64,000 bases of DNA from Chlorobiota bacterium. Its GTDB lineage: Bacteria; Bacteroidota; Ignavibacteria; Tepidaquicellales; OLB5. The notes under the pieces were generated by a model. The model did no database searches. It was not told the origin of the DNA and was given only the letters and a program-made list of their open reading frames with translations. Location of the stretch: positions 718-64,717 of the forward strand of contig JAKEEM010000035.1 in assembly GCA_022616535.1 (NCBI GenBank). The letters are read 5' to 3'. Below are positions 40,168-52,197 of this stretch, one piece after another; positions within the stretch are counted from its first letter, which is position 1; each line of letters begins with the position of its first letter. The translations under genes were made by a program, and so were the position numbers.

Positions 40168-41838
40168 ATGTTCAAAGCATTTCTTATAGTCATAATTGCT
40201 TTCATGCTGGAGACGGAACTTAATGCTCAAACCGCCCGGACGATGGTTTTGAGTGACAGCGTGCAGACCGGCTGGGTCAGACAGTACATTTCAGGATATA
40301 CTCCTCCATTTGACTTTGCATATGCAATAGACCTTGACGCTTCAGGAAATATTTATGTAACAGGTTCAAGTTACGGCTCTGATCAGCAGCCGGATTTTGT
40401 TACAATAAAGTACAATAGTTCCGGCGATACACTTTGGGTGCGGCGCTACAATGGTCCGGGAAATAATTGGGATATTGCTCGGGCTATTACTATCGATGCC
40501 GCTGGGAACGTATATGTGGCCGGAGAAACATACAGTGAAAGCACGGATTTCAACTACGCTACCATCAAATATGACGCGGGGGGAAATCAAGTATGGGTCG
40601 TGCAGTACAATGGCACATCGAACAACGACGATGGCGCGCTTGCCCTTACTGTCGATGGTTCGGGGAACGTGTATGTGACAGGCCATAGCTGGCAGGCCGG
40701 AACGTCGTGGGATTACGCAACGATTAAGTATAATAGTGCAGGTGTGCAGCAGTGGGTCGCACGCTATAATGGCCCCGGAAATATTGCAGATTTCGCAGTT
40801 GCACTTGGCATTGACCCATCGGGCAATGTTTACGTGACAGGAACCAGCGATGACCTTTCGGTTAACTTCTTTCCAGCTTATGCGACAGTGAAGTACAACT
40901 CAAGCGGAGTCCAGCAGTGGGTTGCCAGGTATAATGTACTGTGGAGCTATGCAAGTGCCATTGCAGTGGACAATTCGGGCAACGCATACGTGACGGGCCG
41001 CAGTTACGCGCTGGGCACCTACTACGATTACGCCACGGTAAAATATAATACTTCGGGAGCTCAGCAATGGGTTTCCAGGTACAACGGCCCGGGAAATTCC
41101 GATGATTATGCAACGTCTATTGCAATTGACGGTTCAGGTAACGCATACGTAACCGGGGAAGCTTTTTTTGTACCTAACGAAGGTTCCGATTATGCCACTT
41201 TAAAATACAATTCATCGGGTGTCCAGCAATGGGTTGCAAGATATAACGGCCCTGCAAGTTCAGTTGATGTAGCCAATGATATAGTAGTTGACGGAGCGGG
41301 GAATGTATATGTCACGGGAGAAAGCAGGGGCCTCGTAACCGAGGATGATTACGCCACAATAAAATATAACTCCTCGGGAGTTGAACAATGCATCGCCCGG
41401 TACAATGGTCAGGGCAATACTTTCGACCTCGCATCTGCCCTTGCTGTTGACGCATTGGGCAATATATATGTGACAGGAAGAAGCACTCAAACAGGAGGAA
41501 GCATAATTACAACCATCAAGTATGTGCTTGTTCCGGTTTCAGTGCAGGGGCAGAATACAGAAATACCTTTGGGGTTTTCACTTGAACAGAATTATCCCAA
41601 CCCGTTTAATCCAATGACAAAAATCCGATTTAACGTAGCGTCCGTTCTCCGAACGGACATAAAACTGGTTATATACGATATTACTGGCAGTGAAATAGCA
41701 GTTCTTGTTAACCAACCATTACAGCCCGGCACTTATGAAGCCGAATGGGATGGTTCAAACTATCCAACCGGGATTTATTTTTACAGAATTACTGCAGGTG
41801 ATTATAACGAAACAAAGAAAATGATGTTTATTAAATAG
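40168..41838 (+). CDS. SBBP-repeat beta-propeller protein with T9SS CTD (tandem paralog)
   Basis: GGAGG SD; same seven-repeat architecture and CTD as the upstream gene. Confidence 0.88.
   Translation: MFKAFLIVIIAFMLETELNAQTARTMVLSDSVQTGWVRQYISGYTPPFDFAYAIDLDASGNIYVTGSSYGSDQQPDFVTIKYNSSGDTLWVRRYNGPGNNWDIARAITIDAAGNVYVAGETYSESTDFNYATIKYDAGGNQVWVVQYNGTSNNDDGALALTVDGSGNVYVTGHSWQAGTSWDYATIKYNSAGVQQWVARYNGPGNIADFAVALGIDPSGNVYVTGTSDDLSVNFFPAYATVKYNSSGVQQWVARYNVLWSYASAIAVDNSGNAYVTGRSYALGTYYDYATVKYNTSGAQQWVSRYNGPGNSDDYATSIAIDGSGNAYVTGEAFFVPNEGSDYATLKYNSSGVQQWVARYNGPASSVDVANDIVVDGAGNVYVTGESRGLVTEDDYATIKYNSSGVEQCIARYNGQGNTFDLASALAVDALGNIYVTGRSTQTGGSIITTIKYVLVPVSVQGQNTEIPLGFSLEQNYPNPFNPMTKIRFNVASVLRTDIKLVIYDITGSEIAVLVNQPLQPGTYEAEWDGSNYPTGIYFYRITAGDYNETKKMMFIK
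41635..41658 (+). repeat. GTAG REP-like hairpin in frame within a T9SS CTD
   Basis: GTAG-C-GTCCGTTC-TCC-GAACGGAC; encodes VASVLRTD. Confidence 0.75.
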
Positions 41839-41866
41839 GCATATATTAATTCATAATCTTTCATTA

Positions 41867-41893
41867 GGGCAAATCTACCGATTTGCCTTTTTT
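41867..41893 (+). terminator. Intrinsic terminator
   Basis: GGCAAATC-TACC-GATTTGCC followed by a T run. Confidence 0.75.
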
Positions 41894-41961
41894 ATTGCCA
41901 TTAATTTCATTGCCATATATTCTTGTCTTTCCTTTTTCAAGATTTTAATTGAAATTAAACA

Positions 41962-42878
41962 ATGCGCATAAAGAAATTTACCTGTTTAAACTGCGGAGCG
42001 CCGAAGGTTAATGAATATAAATCGCCCTATATTGTTTGCGATTACTGCGGCTCATTTACCGATATTGACTTCACGCTCGGAATGAACTTCTGGAACCAGT
42101 CGCCCCTGGACAACGTCGGCTACGCGTTCAATAAAATTGATTATATGAGCCGGATGCAGTATGCATTGCAGAAAAAAGATAAGGAAGAATACCGGCGGCT
42201 TCAGCGGGGATGGGACTACTACTACCGCACTTATCCTGCATACCTGCCTCCATCGATTGATGACGGCTATAAGTACCGAGATTACCTTGATGTGTGCGCG
42301 GATTCAAGCACAGAGGCGGGATTTGACCCCAAGTATCACGAGCACGCTCTGAAACAGCAGCAATTGCAGCAGCAGCTTACGTATAATTACGTTAACGGAC
42401 AGCCCAAAGTGAACGGTGAGCAGTTTTTTAAGCTGGCGGAATTTTTCATCGGTGTTACAAAGGAAGGATTCAAAGTATTTTATGAAAATCCCAAATATGC
42501 CGTTATGCATGAGCTGCTGCCTGAGCAAGTTCATCTTAAAATGAAACTTTCGATGTTCGTGCAGGCGTGGATTCCTTACCTTACCGATGAGGACGTGGAG
42601 AAGTTTTTGAAAATGACGGGCTTCAGCATGCAGTATGTGGAGATTGAAAAACCCCGGGGAAAAGCGGGGGAGTGTTCCAACTGCAAAGCTGAAATTTATG
42701 TTCCCGAGGGCTCCTACAAAGTCTACTGTGAAAAATGCCATCGCACAACTAAGGTTCAGCCCGTATTTAAATGCATGTCATGCGGTGCGGAAAACAAAGT
42801 GCCCGATAACCCGGGCAGCCAATCGATTGCGAGTTCTGCGGCGTTGAAAACCGATTAATTCAAAGATTGTTCGGCTGA
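41962..42878 (+). CDS. Multi zinc-ribbon hypothetical protein (1-nt frameshift near the 3' end)
   Basis: CLNC/CDYC, CSNC/CEKC and CMSC knuckles. One extra A at 42817 restores PGKPIDCEFCGVENRLIQRLFG* and supplies the missing CxxC. Confidence 0.7.
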
Positions 42879-42893
42879 AAATTTTATTTTATA

Positions 42894-43397
42894 ATGAAAA
42901 AAATAATAATTATTTTTTTGTTTTATGGCTGTCCGGTGTTTGCACAGTGGCCGGGTTATTTTTACACTTTTGAATTAAAGGACTCACTCGGCAATATTAT
43001 CGATTCGACTAGCAAGAATTATATTATGAAAACTGTGCCGGCAGATGATAAAGATGTAATACTGGGGATTAGAATATGCGATGACAATAAGACATGGCGG
43101 TTTTATGAAGGCGGCTATGGTGATTTGAACAAAATACAAAAGCTGAGAATTGTGAAAACCGTTGACGAATATGATGAAATTATGATTATTGAATTTCCCG
43201 GCACTCTTTCCGGGGGCGAACAAAAGCATTACATGAATTTATTTGCGGGCACTCTTATTTTTAAAAGGGGAGCTTACACGGTTAAGCTTCCCGAAAAAGA
43301 TGCTGAATGGGATAACCTGAAGGAAATTAAAATCTGTCCGGACGGTGTAAATGATTACTCTTTTTTTGATATTAGCAGATTTCAGAATAGCAAGTAA
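42894..43397 (+). CDS. Exported hypothetical protein
   Basis: MKKIII..VFA-Q signal peptide; 167 aa. Confidence 0.65.
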   Translation: MKKIIIIFLFYGCPVFAQWPGYFYTFELKDSLGNIIDSTSKNYIMKTVPADDKDVILGIRICDDNKTWRFYEGGYGDLNKIQKLRIVKTVDEYDEIMIIEFPGTLSGGEQKHYMNLFAGTLIFKRGAYTVKLPEKDAEWDNLKEIKICPDGVNDYSFFDISRFQNSK

Positions 43398-43467
43398 GTC
43401 AAGTCAATTTACCTCATGTATGATTCGCTTGATTAATGGATTGCCATGATTTTGCTAATTATCCGAT

Positions 43468-44886
43468 TTAAATAACCAGGATTTTTTCTTCTGTCATTTC
43501 CTTAATTGCGTAGCGCACGCCTTCGCGTGTATTGCCTGAATCCTTCACGCCCCCGTAAGGCATTGCATCCATTCTGTAGGAGGAGGGTTCGTTAATAATC
43601 ACTCCCCCCGTGTGAATATTGTTATATGCGTAGAGTATGTTCTGCATGTTATTAGTAAATACCGCTGCCTGAAGCCCGAAGCGTGAATTATTGATTTCAC
43701 TTACAGCTTCTTCAAATTTGGAGAATTTATCAATTGTTATCACCGGTGCAAATACTTCATTGCACTTTACATTTGCCGAGTTTGGAGCGTTTTCGATTAC
43801 AGTTGGCTCCAGCACTGCACCGTTTCTTGAGCCGCCTGTCGGAACATTTGCGCCGGAATCTTTTGCTTCGGCAATCCATTTTTCCGCGCGAGTTGCTTCT
43901 GCTTCGGTTATCATTGGTCCGGAGATTGTATCTTCATCGTACGGGTCGCCGAATTTTACTTTCTTTGTTTCATCAATCATCTTTGAGCGAAATTCATCAT
44001 ATACTTTTTCATGTACATAAACTCTTTGAACCGAAATACAGCTTTGTCCCGCCTGTGCAAATCCCCCGATTATTATTTTGGAAACCGCCGTATTTATATC
44101 AGCATCATCGTTGATTATTACGCCGGCGTTTCCGCCAAGCTCAAGCGAAATCCGCTGTTTGCCGGATTTATTTTTGATGCCCCATCCGACATCACTGCTT
44201 CCTGTAAAGCTTATCAATTTTATTCTGCTGTCCGGAATGTGCCTGTCCATATTGCTTCCGGAAAGTGTCAAAACGTTAATCGAATGGGGTATGCCAAGCT
44301 CATTGCATGCTTCAAAAATAATTTTCCCAAGCTCAATTCCGCAGAGCATTGAATTTGAGGAGGGCTTAATTAAAATCACATTCGATGATGCAAGGGCGGG
44401 AGAAACCTTGTGCGCAACGAGATTAACCGGGAAATTCCATGGAGTAATTCCGAGCACTAAACCCAAAGGGAATCTTCTGACTATCCCCATTTTATTTTCA
44501 GAACCTTTGAGCAAATCAAGCGGCAAAACTTCGCCGTTAATTCTTGAGCATTCTTCTGCTCCCAATCTGAATGTGAGGGCTGCACGGTCAATCTCAATCA
44601 TTGAAAACCTTATTGGTTTTCCCGTTTCATCTGTGATAAGTTTAGCAAGTTCTTTTTTTCCTTCCGCAATTTTTTCAGATACTTTATACAAAAGCTCCTG
44701 CTTTTTGTATGTCGGAAGGTTTTTGTACTGTTCAAATGCTTTGGTTAAATATTCAGCTGATTGCCCGAAATGTTTTTCCGATGCTAAATATACTTCGCCT
44801 ACTGTTTTGTTTGAAAAAGGATTAACGATGGTTTTGACTTTATCGGATGAAGAAAATTCTTTTGCTGAAATAAATTTTTTGGGCAT
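43468..44886 (-). CDS. Aldehyde dehydrogenase family protein
   Basis: ITPWNFP, FTGS, LELGGN, GQSCIS catalytic Cys, EVFAP, PYGGVKDSG. Confidence 0.93.
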   Translation of the reverse strand: MPKKFISAKEFSSSDKVKTIVNPFSNKTVGEVYLASEKHFGQSAEYLTKAFEQYKNLPTYKKQELLYKVSEKIAEGKKELAKLITDETGKPIRFSMIEIDRAALTFRLGAEECSRINGEVLPLDLLKGSENKMGIVRRFPLGLVLGITPWNFPVNLVAHKVSPALASSNVILIKPSSNSMLCGIELGKIIFEACNELGIPHSINVLTLSGSNMDRHIPDSRIKLISFTGSSDVGWGIKNKSGKQRISLELGGNAGVIINDDADINTAVSKIIIGGFAQAGQSCISVQRVYVHEKVYDEFRSKMIDETKKVKFGDPYDEDTISGPMITEAEATRAEKWIAEAKDSGANVPTGGSRNGAVLEPTVIENAPNSANVKCNEVFAPVITIDKFSKFEEAVSEINNSRFGLQAAVFTNNMQNILYAYNNIHTGGVIINEPSSYRMDAMPYGGVKDSGNTREGVRYAIKEMTEEKILVI

Positions 44887-44919
44887 AAATATAAAAGATG
44901 TATATTCAAAAATACAAAT

Positions 44920-44948
44920 AAAAAAGGGGATTGAAAACTCAATCCCCT
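44920..44948 (-). terminator. Intrinsic terminator
   Basis: AGGGGATTGA-AAAC-TCAATCCCCT with a T run on the minus strand. Confidence 0.8.
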
Positions 44949-44994
44949 GAAAAGATTGTTCGCCTCGAGCGGAGCCGAAAGATAAGCCGAAACT

Positions 44995-45525
44995 CTATAG
45001 ATTTTTGGTTTCTTTGTTTTTTGTTTCCTTGTTTGGAGTGCACTGTTTTTTGCCGTCGCATCCTTCTTTCTTATCTCCGGTTTTCTTATCGCCTGATTTT
45101 ACGCCGTCTTTTGTGCATCCTTTGCCGGAGCAGTCATAATTTTTATCGTTTACATATGCGGAAATATTTTCTGCATTTGTTTCACCTGCGGCATAATAGA
45201 CAGTCACATTTGTCATCTTTGATACACTGCAGGTCGGGCTGAATTTTATTTCTTTTACACCGGCAATTGTTAGCAGGTCGACTTGCAATTCGCTTTTCAT
45301 TTCATCACAGCAAGCCTGGTCGGTAGTAAACTCGTAGGTTTCATAATCACCGCCCGCTTTCAGAACTTTGTTTTTAACATCTTTGTTTCTGTCATCACAG
45401 GCAGTTTTATTTGTGCACGTTTTGCCGTCTTTATCATTAGCCGCGAGAAAGTTCTGGTTTAAGTAAAAGAAAGTGAGTGCAAAAACAATTGTTAATGATG
45501 CGATTGATAAGATTTTTTTGTTCAT
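44995..45525 (-). CDS. Exported Cys-rich protein with HMA-like domain
   Basis: Signal/TM segment; ACCDEMKSELQVDLLTIAGVKEIKF resembles an HMA fold; Cys/Lys-rich flanks. Confidence 0.5.
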   Translation of the reverse strand: MNKKILSIASLTIVFALTFFYLNQNFLAANDKDGKTCTNKTACDDRNKDVKNKVLKAGGDYETYEFTTDQACCDEMKSELQVDLLTIAGVKEIKFSPTCSVSKMTNVTVYYAAGETNAENISAYVNDKNYDCSGKGCTKDGVKSGDKKTGDKKEGCDGKKQCTPNKETKNKETKNL

Positions 45526-45848
45526 CAGGAAACTCTCCTCTGCTGATTTTATGGTTTGGTAGTTAAATAAACCTTTTGGCTTTCAAATTGGTTTCAAAAA
45601 TATGGTATTTTTTTAATAGTTGAAAGTGGTTACAGAAAATTTTGTTTAACATATTATAATTACAGTTATTTAAATTTAGAAAGAATTCAGCCTTAATTTA
45701 AGATAAGGTTTTAGATAAGGTTTAAAATTAGTTTTGTAATGAATGAAATTTCAATAATAATATCAATATTAATAAGGAGCAAAAAATGTTATCAAGCATA
45801 TTCGAAAGCTAATACAATAAAACAGCTGTTATTATCCCCTGGTATAGT

Positions 45849-45890
45849 GCGGTGATTTCTTTGGCTTAATCCGAAGAATTGCCGCTTTTT
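45849..45890 (+). terminator. Putative intrinsic terminator upstream of the mutase gene
   Basis: GCGGTGATTTCTTTGG-CTTAAT-CCGAAGAATTGCCGC-TTTTT. Confidence 0.65.
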
Positions 45891-45961
45891 AATTTATAAG
45901 ATAAATCATATTATTTAAAATAGTTTATGGTTATTTTTACGCTTGTAAAATAGCGTAAATT

Positions 45962-47542
45962 ATGAAAGAACTAAAACAACGCAAAGAAAAATTTGTTACT
46001 GATTCAGGAATAAAAATTCCGCCTTATATCGAAGAAAATTCTGAGAATTACAAAACAAAACTTGGCAGTCCGGGTTCGTTTCCGTTTACAAGGGGAGTTC
46101 ACGAGCAAATGTACAGAAGCCGTTTCTGGACAATGCGCCAGTATGCGGGTTTCGGAACTGCGGAGGAATCAAATAAACGCTATAAATTTTTGTTAGAGCA
46201 GGGTACAACCGGTTTATCCGTAGCATTCGACCTTCCAACGCAAATAGGTTTTGACAGCGATAATCCGGCAGCAGAAGGAGAAGTCGGAAAGGTCGGAGTA
46301 GCAATTGATACACTTAAGGATATGGAAATTCTTTTCGACGGAATTAAATTGGAAAAAATCAGCACGTCTATGACAATCAATGCATCTGCCGCTATACTTC
46401 TTTGCATGTATATTGCAATTGCTAAAAAGCAGGGCGCGGATTTAAAAAAGCTTTCCGGCACCGTTCAAAACGATGTCCTGAAAGAATACATTGCAAGAGG
46501 AACGTACATCTATCCTCCGAAACATTCGATGAGACTTATCACGGATATTTTTGCGTGGTGCTATGAAAATGTTCCGAGCTGGAACACAATTTCCATCAGC
46601 GGTTATCACATACGCGAAGCCGGCTCAAATGCAATTCAGGAGGTAGCTTTTACGATGGCAAATGCAATTGCATACATAGAGGCAGCAATTGGGCGGGGAC
46701 TCGATGTGGATAAGTTTGCATCAAGACTTTCATTTTTCTTTAACGGACAGATTAACTTTCTTGAGGAGGTTGCAAAGTTCCGCGCCGCCCGCAGAGTCTA
46801 CGCTAAAATTATGAAGGAACGATTCAAAGCCAATAGCGAAAAAAGTATGATGCTTCGCTTCCATTGCCAGACTGCCGGCTCATCGCTAACAGCCCAGCAG
46901 GTTGAAAACAATGTAATAAGAACTACGATTGAAGCCATGGCGGCGGTTTTGGGGGGATGCCAGTCACTTCACACAAATTCAAAAGACGAAGCACTTGCTT
47001 TACCCACTGAGGATTCAGTTATCACTGCTTTAAGGACACAACAGGTTATAGCGTTTGAAAGCGGCGTTGCTGATACAGTCGATGCTCTTTCGGGTTCATA
47101 TTATATTGAATACCTTACCGATAAAATCGAGGAAGGTGTGTGGAACTATTTAAATAAGATTGATGAAATGGGCGGCGCTGTTAAATGTATTGAGTTGAAT
47201 TTCCAGCAGGATGAAATTGCGGAAAACGCTTATGAATTTGAAAAAGAAATAGAAAGCGGTGAAAGAGTTATAGTCGGAGTAAACCGCTTTAACGATGCAG
47301 AGCACGAGGAAAATCTTGATTTGCTGAAGATAGACGAATCTATTCAGAAAAAACAAATTGAAAAGCTTAATGAAGTGAAAAGGACAAGAAATAACGAGGC
47401 AGTAAAAGCTAATCTGGATTCACTGAAAAAAACTGCCGGCACTGATGAGAATATTATACCGTATATTTTAAATTGCGTTGAAAGTTATTGTTCAATTGGC
47501 GAGATTTCGAACTCCCTGCGCGAAGTCTGGGGGGAGTATTAA
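45962..47542 (+). CDS. Methylmalonyl-CoA mutase, substrate-binding large subunit (split type, no B12 domain)
   Basis: [18 protein letters not shown] (Tyr), KEYIARGT (Arg) are MCM-type specificity residues; [17 protein letters not shown]; no DxHxxG motif. Confidence 0.9.
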   Translation: MKELKQRKEKFVTDSGIKIPPYIEENSENYKTKLGSPGSFPFTRGVHEQMYRSRFWTMRQYAGFGTAEESNKRYKFLLEQGTTGLSVAFDLPTQIGFDSDNPAAEGEVGKVGVAIDTLKDMEILFDGIKLEKISTSMTINASAAILLCMYIAIAKKQGADLKKLSGTVQNDVLKEYIARGTYIYPPKHSMRLITDIFAWCYENVPSWNTISISGYHIREAGSNAIQEVAFTMANAIAYIEAAIGRGLDVDKFASRLSFFFNGQINFLEEVAKFRAARRVYAKIMKERFKANSEKSMMLRFHCQTAGSSLTAQQVENNVIRTTIEAMAAVLGGCQSLHTNSKDEALALPTEDSVITALRTQQVIAFESGVADTVDALSGSYYIEYLTDKIEEGVWNYLNKIDEMGGAVKCIELNFQQDEIAENAYEFEKEIESGERVIVGVNRFNDAEHEENLDLLKIDESIQKKQIEKLNEVKRTRNNEAVKANLDSLKKTAGTDENIIPYILNCVESYCSIGEISNSLREVWGEY

Positions 47543-47552
47543 ATAACAATTT

Positions 47553-48263
47553 ATGTTTCAAAAAGTCGTTTGGATTACAGGTGCATCAACAGGTATAGGG
47601 TTTGAACTTGCAAAAGCTTTCGCAAAAAGCGGCTATATCATAATAGCAACTGCAAGGCGTAAATCACGCCTCGTAAGCCTTGTAAGCGAAATACGCTTTG
47701 CCGGGCACGAAGCTTACGCATTTGTTTGCGATGTAAGCTCCGAAAGGAGCGTAATTTCAACAAGGAAAAAAATTCTTGAGAAATGCAAATCAATAGATGT
47801 GCTGGTTAATAATGCAGGCGTTACGGTTTTTAAATCATTTATTGATACGAAGACTTACGATTACGACAATGTTTTAGATACAAATCTGCGCGGAAGTTTC
47901 TTGACTTCAAAAGCTGTTCTGCCTGTGATGATAAAGAGAAAGAAGGGGCACATCATTAATATTGTTTCAACTGCTGCAAATACTGTTTTTACGGAAAGCG
48001 CGGTTTACTCTGCTTCCAAGGCGGGGCTGCTGGCAATGGCAAATGTATTAAGGGCGGAAATGAGGAAATGTAATGTTAGGATTTCAAACGTTTTTCCGGG
48101 GGCAACCGATACCCCGATGTGGAGTCCCTTAACAAGACAGAAATACAGCAGAAGAATGATGACCCCTAAAGAAGTTGCCGATATTGTTGTGCAGATTGCA
48201 AACCAGCCGAAGAAAATTGTAATGGAAGACGTGGTTATCAGGCCTATAAAAGGAGACCTCTAG
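47553..48263 (+). CDS. Short-chain dehydrogenase/reductase
   Basis: TGASTGIG, NNAG, YSASK. Confidence 0.9.
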   Translation: MFQKVVWITGASTGIGFELAKAFAKSGYIIIATARRKSRLVSLVSEIRFAGHEAYAFVCDVSSERSVISTRKKILEKCKSIDVLVNNAGVTVFKSFIDTKTYDYDNVLDTNLRGSFLTSKAVLPVMIKRKKGHIINIVSTAANTVFTESAVYSASKAGLLAMANVLRAEMRKCNVRISNVFPGATDTPMWSPLTRQKYSRRMMTPKEVADIVVQIANQPKKIVMEDVVIRPIKGDL

Positions 48264-48346
48264 ATTTCGGATTGAAGATTGCAGATTTCAGATTTTTTAT
48301 TGCTGCAGCCAATGGCTGCCTTGCTTTTTAATAATTAAAATCTTTA

Positions 48347-49081
48347 ATGAAGTTACTAAATAAAGTTGCCGTAATTACAGGTGCAGGAAAAGGTATAGGG
48401 AAATCAGCCGCCGAGCTTTTTCTAAAAGAAGGAGCCAAGCTTGTTCTTTCAAGCAGGAACAGGAGAGACTTTGAATTATTTGAATTAGAAAATAATCCGA
48501 AAAAAGAAAATATAATTTTTGTTCCCGGTGATATTTCAAAGGTTGAAACTGTGAATAAAATAATAGATGAGACGATTTATAAATTCGGCAGAGTAGATAT
48601 ACTTGTGAACAACGCCGGGTTTGGAGTATTCGATAATCTTGTCGATTCAAAGCTTGAAGATTTCGATGCGATGTTTAACACTAACGTTAGAGCACTCTAT
48701 CTATTAACCAGGGGCTTCCTGCCGTATATGGTTAAGGAAAATGCCGGGACAATAATTAATATAGCCTCAATAGCGGGCAAGCAGGGCTTTGCAACTGGCT
48801 CAATATACTGTGCAACTAAGCATGCAGTAATGGGGCTTTCGCGGGCGCTGATGTTTGAGCTAAGGCAGTATAATATCAGAGTCGTTGCAGTTTGCCCGGG
48901 AAGCGTTGCAACGGATTTCTTCAGGAGCGACTCGAAAACGGTGCTTTCCTCACGGAAAGAATCAGTACTTCAGGCAAAAGACGTAGCCGAAAGCATTCTG
49001 TTCTCGTGTACATTGCCGGGGAATGCCACTGTGAGTGAAATCGAAGTAAGGCCAACTAATCCAATTAAAGTAAAGCGATAG
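48347..49081 (+). CDS. Short-chain dehydrogenase/reductase
   Basis: TGAGKGIG, NNAG, YCATK. Confidence 0.9.
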   Translation: MKLLNKVAVITGAGKGIGKSAAELFLKEGAKLVLSSRNRRDFELFELENNPKKENIIFVPGDISKVETVNKIIDETIYKFGRVDILVNNAGFGVFDNLVDSKLEDFDAMFNTNVRALYLLTRGFLPYMVKENAGTIINIASIAGKQGFATGSIYCATKHAVMGLSRALMFELRQYNIRVVAVCPGSVATDFFRSDSKTVLSSRKESVLQAKDVAESILFSCTLPGNATVSEIEVRPTNPIKVKR

Positions 49082-49085
49082 AAAT

Positions 49086-49111
49086 AAAAAACCCCGAATT
49101 TCTTCGGGGTT
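49086..49111 (-). terminator. Terminator of groESL (possibly bidirectional)
   Basis: AACCCCGAA-TTTC-TTCGGGGTT with an A6 flank. Confidence 0.75.
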
Positions 49112-49153
49112 CAATCTTATAAATCTGGCGAATCTTATAAACCTGCAAATCGA

Positions 49154-50800
<1,647 letters not shown>

Positions 50801-50815
50801 TTATCCTTTCTTTTT

Positions 50816-51106
50816 TTATTTACCGATAATTGCGTAAACGTCGCTTTCGCGCATTATTAAGTAATCTTCATCATTAACCTTAACTTCGGTTCCGCTGTAT
50901 TTGCCGTATAAAACTTTATCGCCGACTTTTAACTCCATTGTAATTTTCTTTCCTGCATCATCTGTTCTTCCGGGTCCAACTGCTATTATTTCGCCTTCCA
51001 TAGGCTTTTCCTGGGCAGTATCAGGCAAAATGATACCGCCTTTAGTCTTTTCTTCAGGAGCATTGGGTTTTACTATAACCCTGTCTCCAAGTGGCTTTAA
51101 ATTCAT
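50816..51106 (-). CDS. groS: Co-chaperonin GroES
   Basis: [26 protein letters not shown]; ATG 51106 has an AGGAGG SD. Confidence 0.97.
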   Translation of the reverse strand: MNLKPLGDRVIVKPNAPEEKTKGGIILPDTAQEKPMEGEIIAVGPGRTDDAGKKITMELKVGDKVLYGKYSGTEVKVNDEDYLIMRESDVYAIIGK

Positions 51107-51159
51107 TTTTAAACCTCCTAAGTTATTGTTTATTAAAAAATTGTTTTTTTGGGATTTAA

Positions 51160-51186
51160 TTAGCACTCGCTAATTATGAGTGCTAA
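51160..51186. promoter_or_regulatory. CIRCE element (HrcA operator)
   Basis: Perfect TTAGCACTC-N9-GAGTGCTAA upstream of groES. Confidence 0.97.
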
Positions 51187-51318
51187 AATAATATAATTAT
51201 TTTTTGAAATCAATGGTTCCAATTATGCACTATCCGTGTAGGAAAACCTATACTACATAATTGAAAATTATTCATTATATTTAAGTAAATATTATCACAC
51301 TAATACAGGAGGATAAAA

Positions 51319-52194
51319 ATGAAACGCCTCTTACTCCTTTTGTTCATTGCAGCTCTTACATGGAATTTTAATAAATCGTTTTCATGGGATTCAACAGCAG
51401 CAAAATTTTATCCGCTTGCAGTTGGAAATTTATGGTCTTATCGTCATGTTAACTTCGCACAATTTTCCTGTGTCCCGATGAGTTATTATGACTATGTTGT
51501 AAAAATTGATTCTCTTGTTTCAAGACCTAATGGGAAATGGTATTTTAAATTCAGTGATGGGAGTTTAAGGAGAGTAGATTCAATAACAATGAACGTATAT
51601 GCTTATTACACAAGCGGCGAGTGCTTAATGGACAGCCTTTTTGCCAGGAAAAATGATACAATAGGAAACTGCACGTCACCTCGTCCGATAGTTACAGATA
51701 CGACGCATGTTATGTTTGCAAACACAGACAGGCGCAAACTGAGAATGCAGCAAATGTTAATTGGAGTATTTTATTATGAGCTTGTTGAAGGTCTTGGATT
51801 ATTTCATAGAATCTCGTGTGAGGGAGGCGGCTATCAAATTGGATTAAATGGCTGTATAATAAATGGAATTCAGTATGGGCAAATATTGGGATTTAACCAA
51901 ATCAACTCTGAGGTTCCCGATAAATTCTCTTTGTCCCAAAACTATCCAAACCCGTTTAATCCTTCAACGAAAATTCGCTTTGACATTGCTTCTGTAGGGA
52001 CAGTTCACCGAACTGTCCGCTTAATAGTTTATGATGCACTTGGCAGAGAAATTCAAACTTTGGTTAATGAACAACTCACCCCTGGAACTTACGAAGTTGA
52101 TTTCGATGGAAGCAATTTACCAAGCGGGGTATATTATTACAAATTGGAAACAGAATTATTTACCGAAACAAAGAAAATGGTTTTAATAAAATAA
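51319..52194 (+). CDS. Secreted T9SS cargo, variable-loop family member A
   Basis: AGGAGG SD, signal peptide, FYPLAVGNLWSY...[22 protein letters not shown]. Confidence 0.8.
   Translation: MKRLLLLLFIAALTWNFNKSFSWDSTAAKFYPLAVGNLWSYRHVNFAQFSCVPMSYYDYVVKIDSLVSRPNGKWYFKFSDGSLRRVDSITMNVYAYYTSGECLMDSLFARKNDTIGNCTSPRPIVTDTTHVMFANTDRRKLRMQQMLIGVFYYELVEGLGLFHRISCEGGGYQIGLNGCIINGIQYGQILGFNQINSEVPDKFSLSQNYPNPFNPSTKIRFDIASVGTVHRTVRLIVYDALGREIQTLVNEQLTPGTYEVDFDGSNLPSGVYYYKLETELFTETKKMVLIK
51994..52018 (+). repeat. GTAG REP-like hairpin in frame within a T9SS CTD
   Basis: GTAG-GGACAGTTC-ACC-GAACTGTCC (perfect 9-bp stem); encodes VGTVHRTV. Confidence 0.8.
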
Positions 52195-52197
52195 TAT

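Noticed and set aside
44078-44950. 290-aa plus-strand ORF
   Set aside because: Antisense shadow of the aldehyde dehydrogenase, with no recognisable motifs.
44958-44992. CTCGAGCGGAGCCGAAAG possible additional REP-like remnant
   Set aside because: Single degenerate copy in the window, too weak to call.
45526-45961. Cobalamin riboswitch upstream of the mutase gene
   Set aside because: The region is very AT-rich and I could not find the conserved GGGAA or B12-box elements.
51107-51166. N-terminal extension of GroES
   Set aside because: It overlaps the SD and CIRCE; the true start is 51106.
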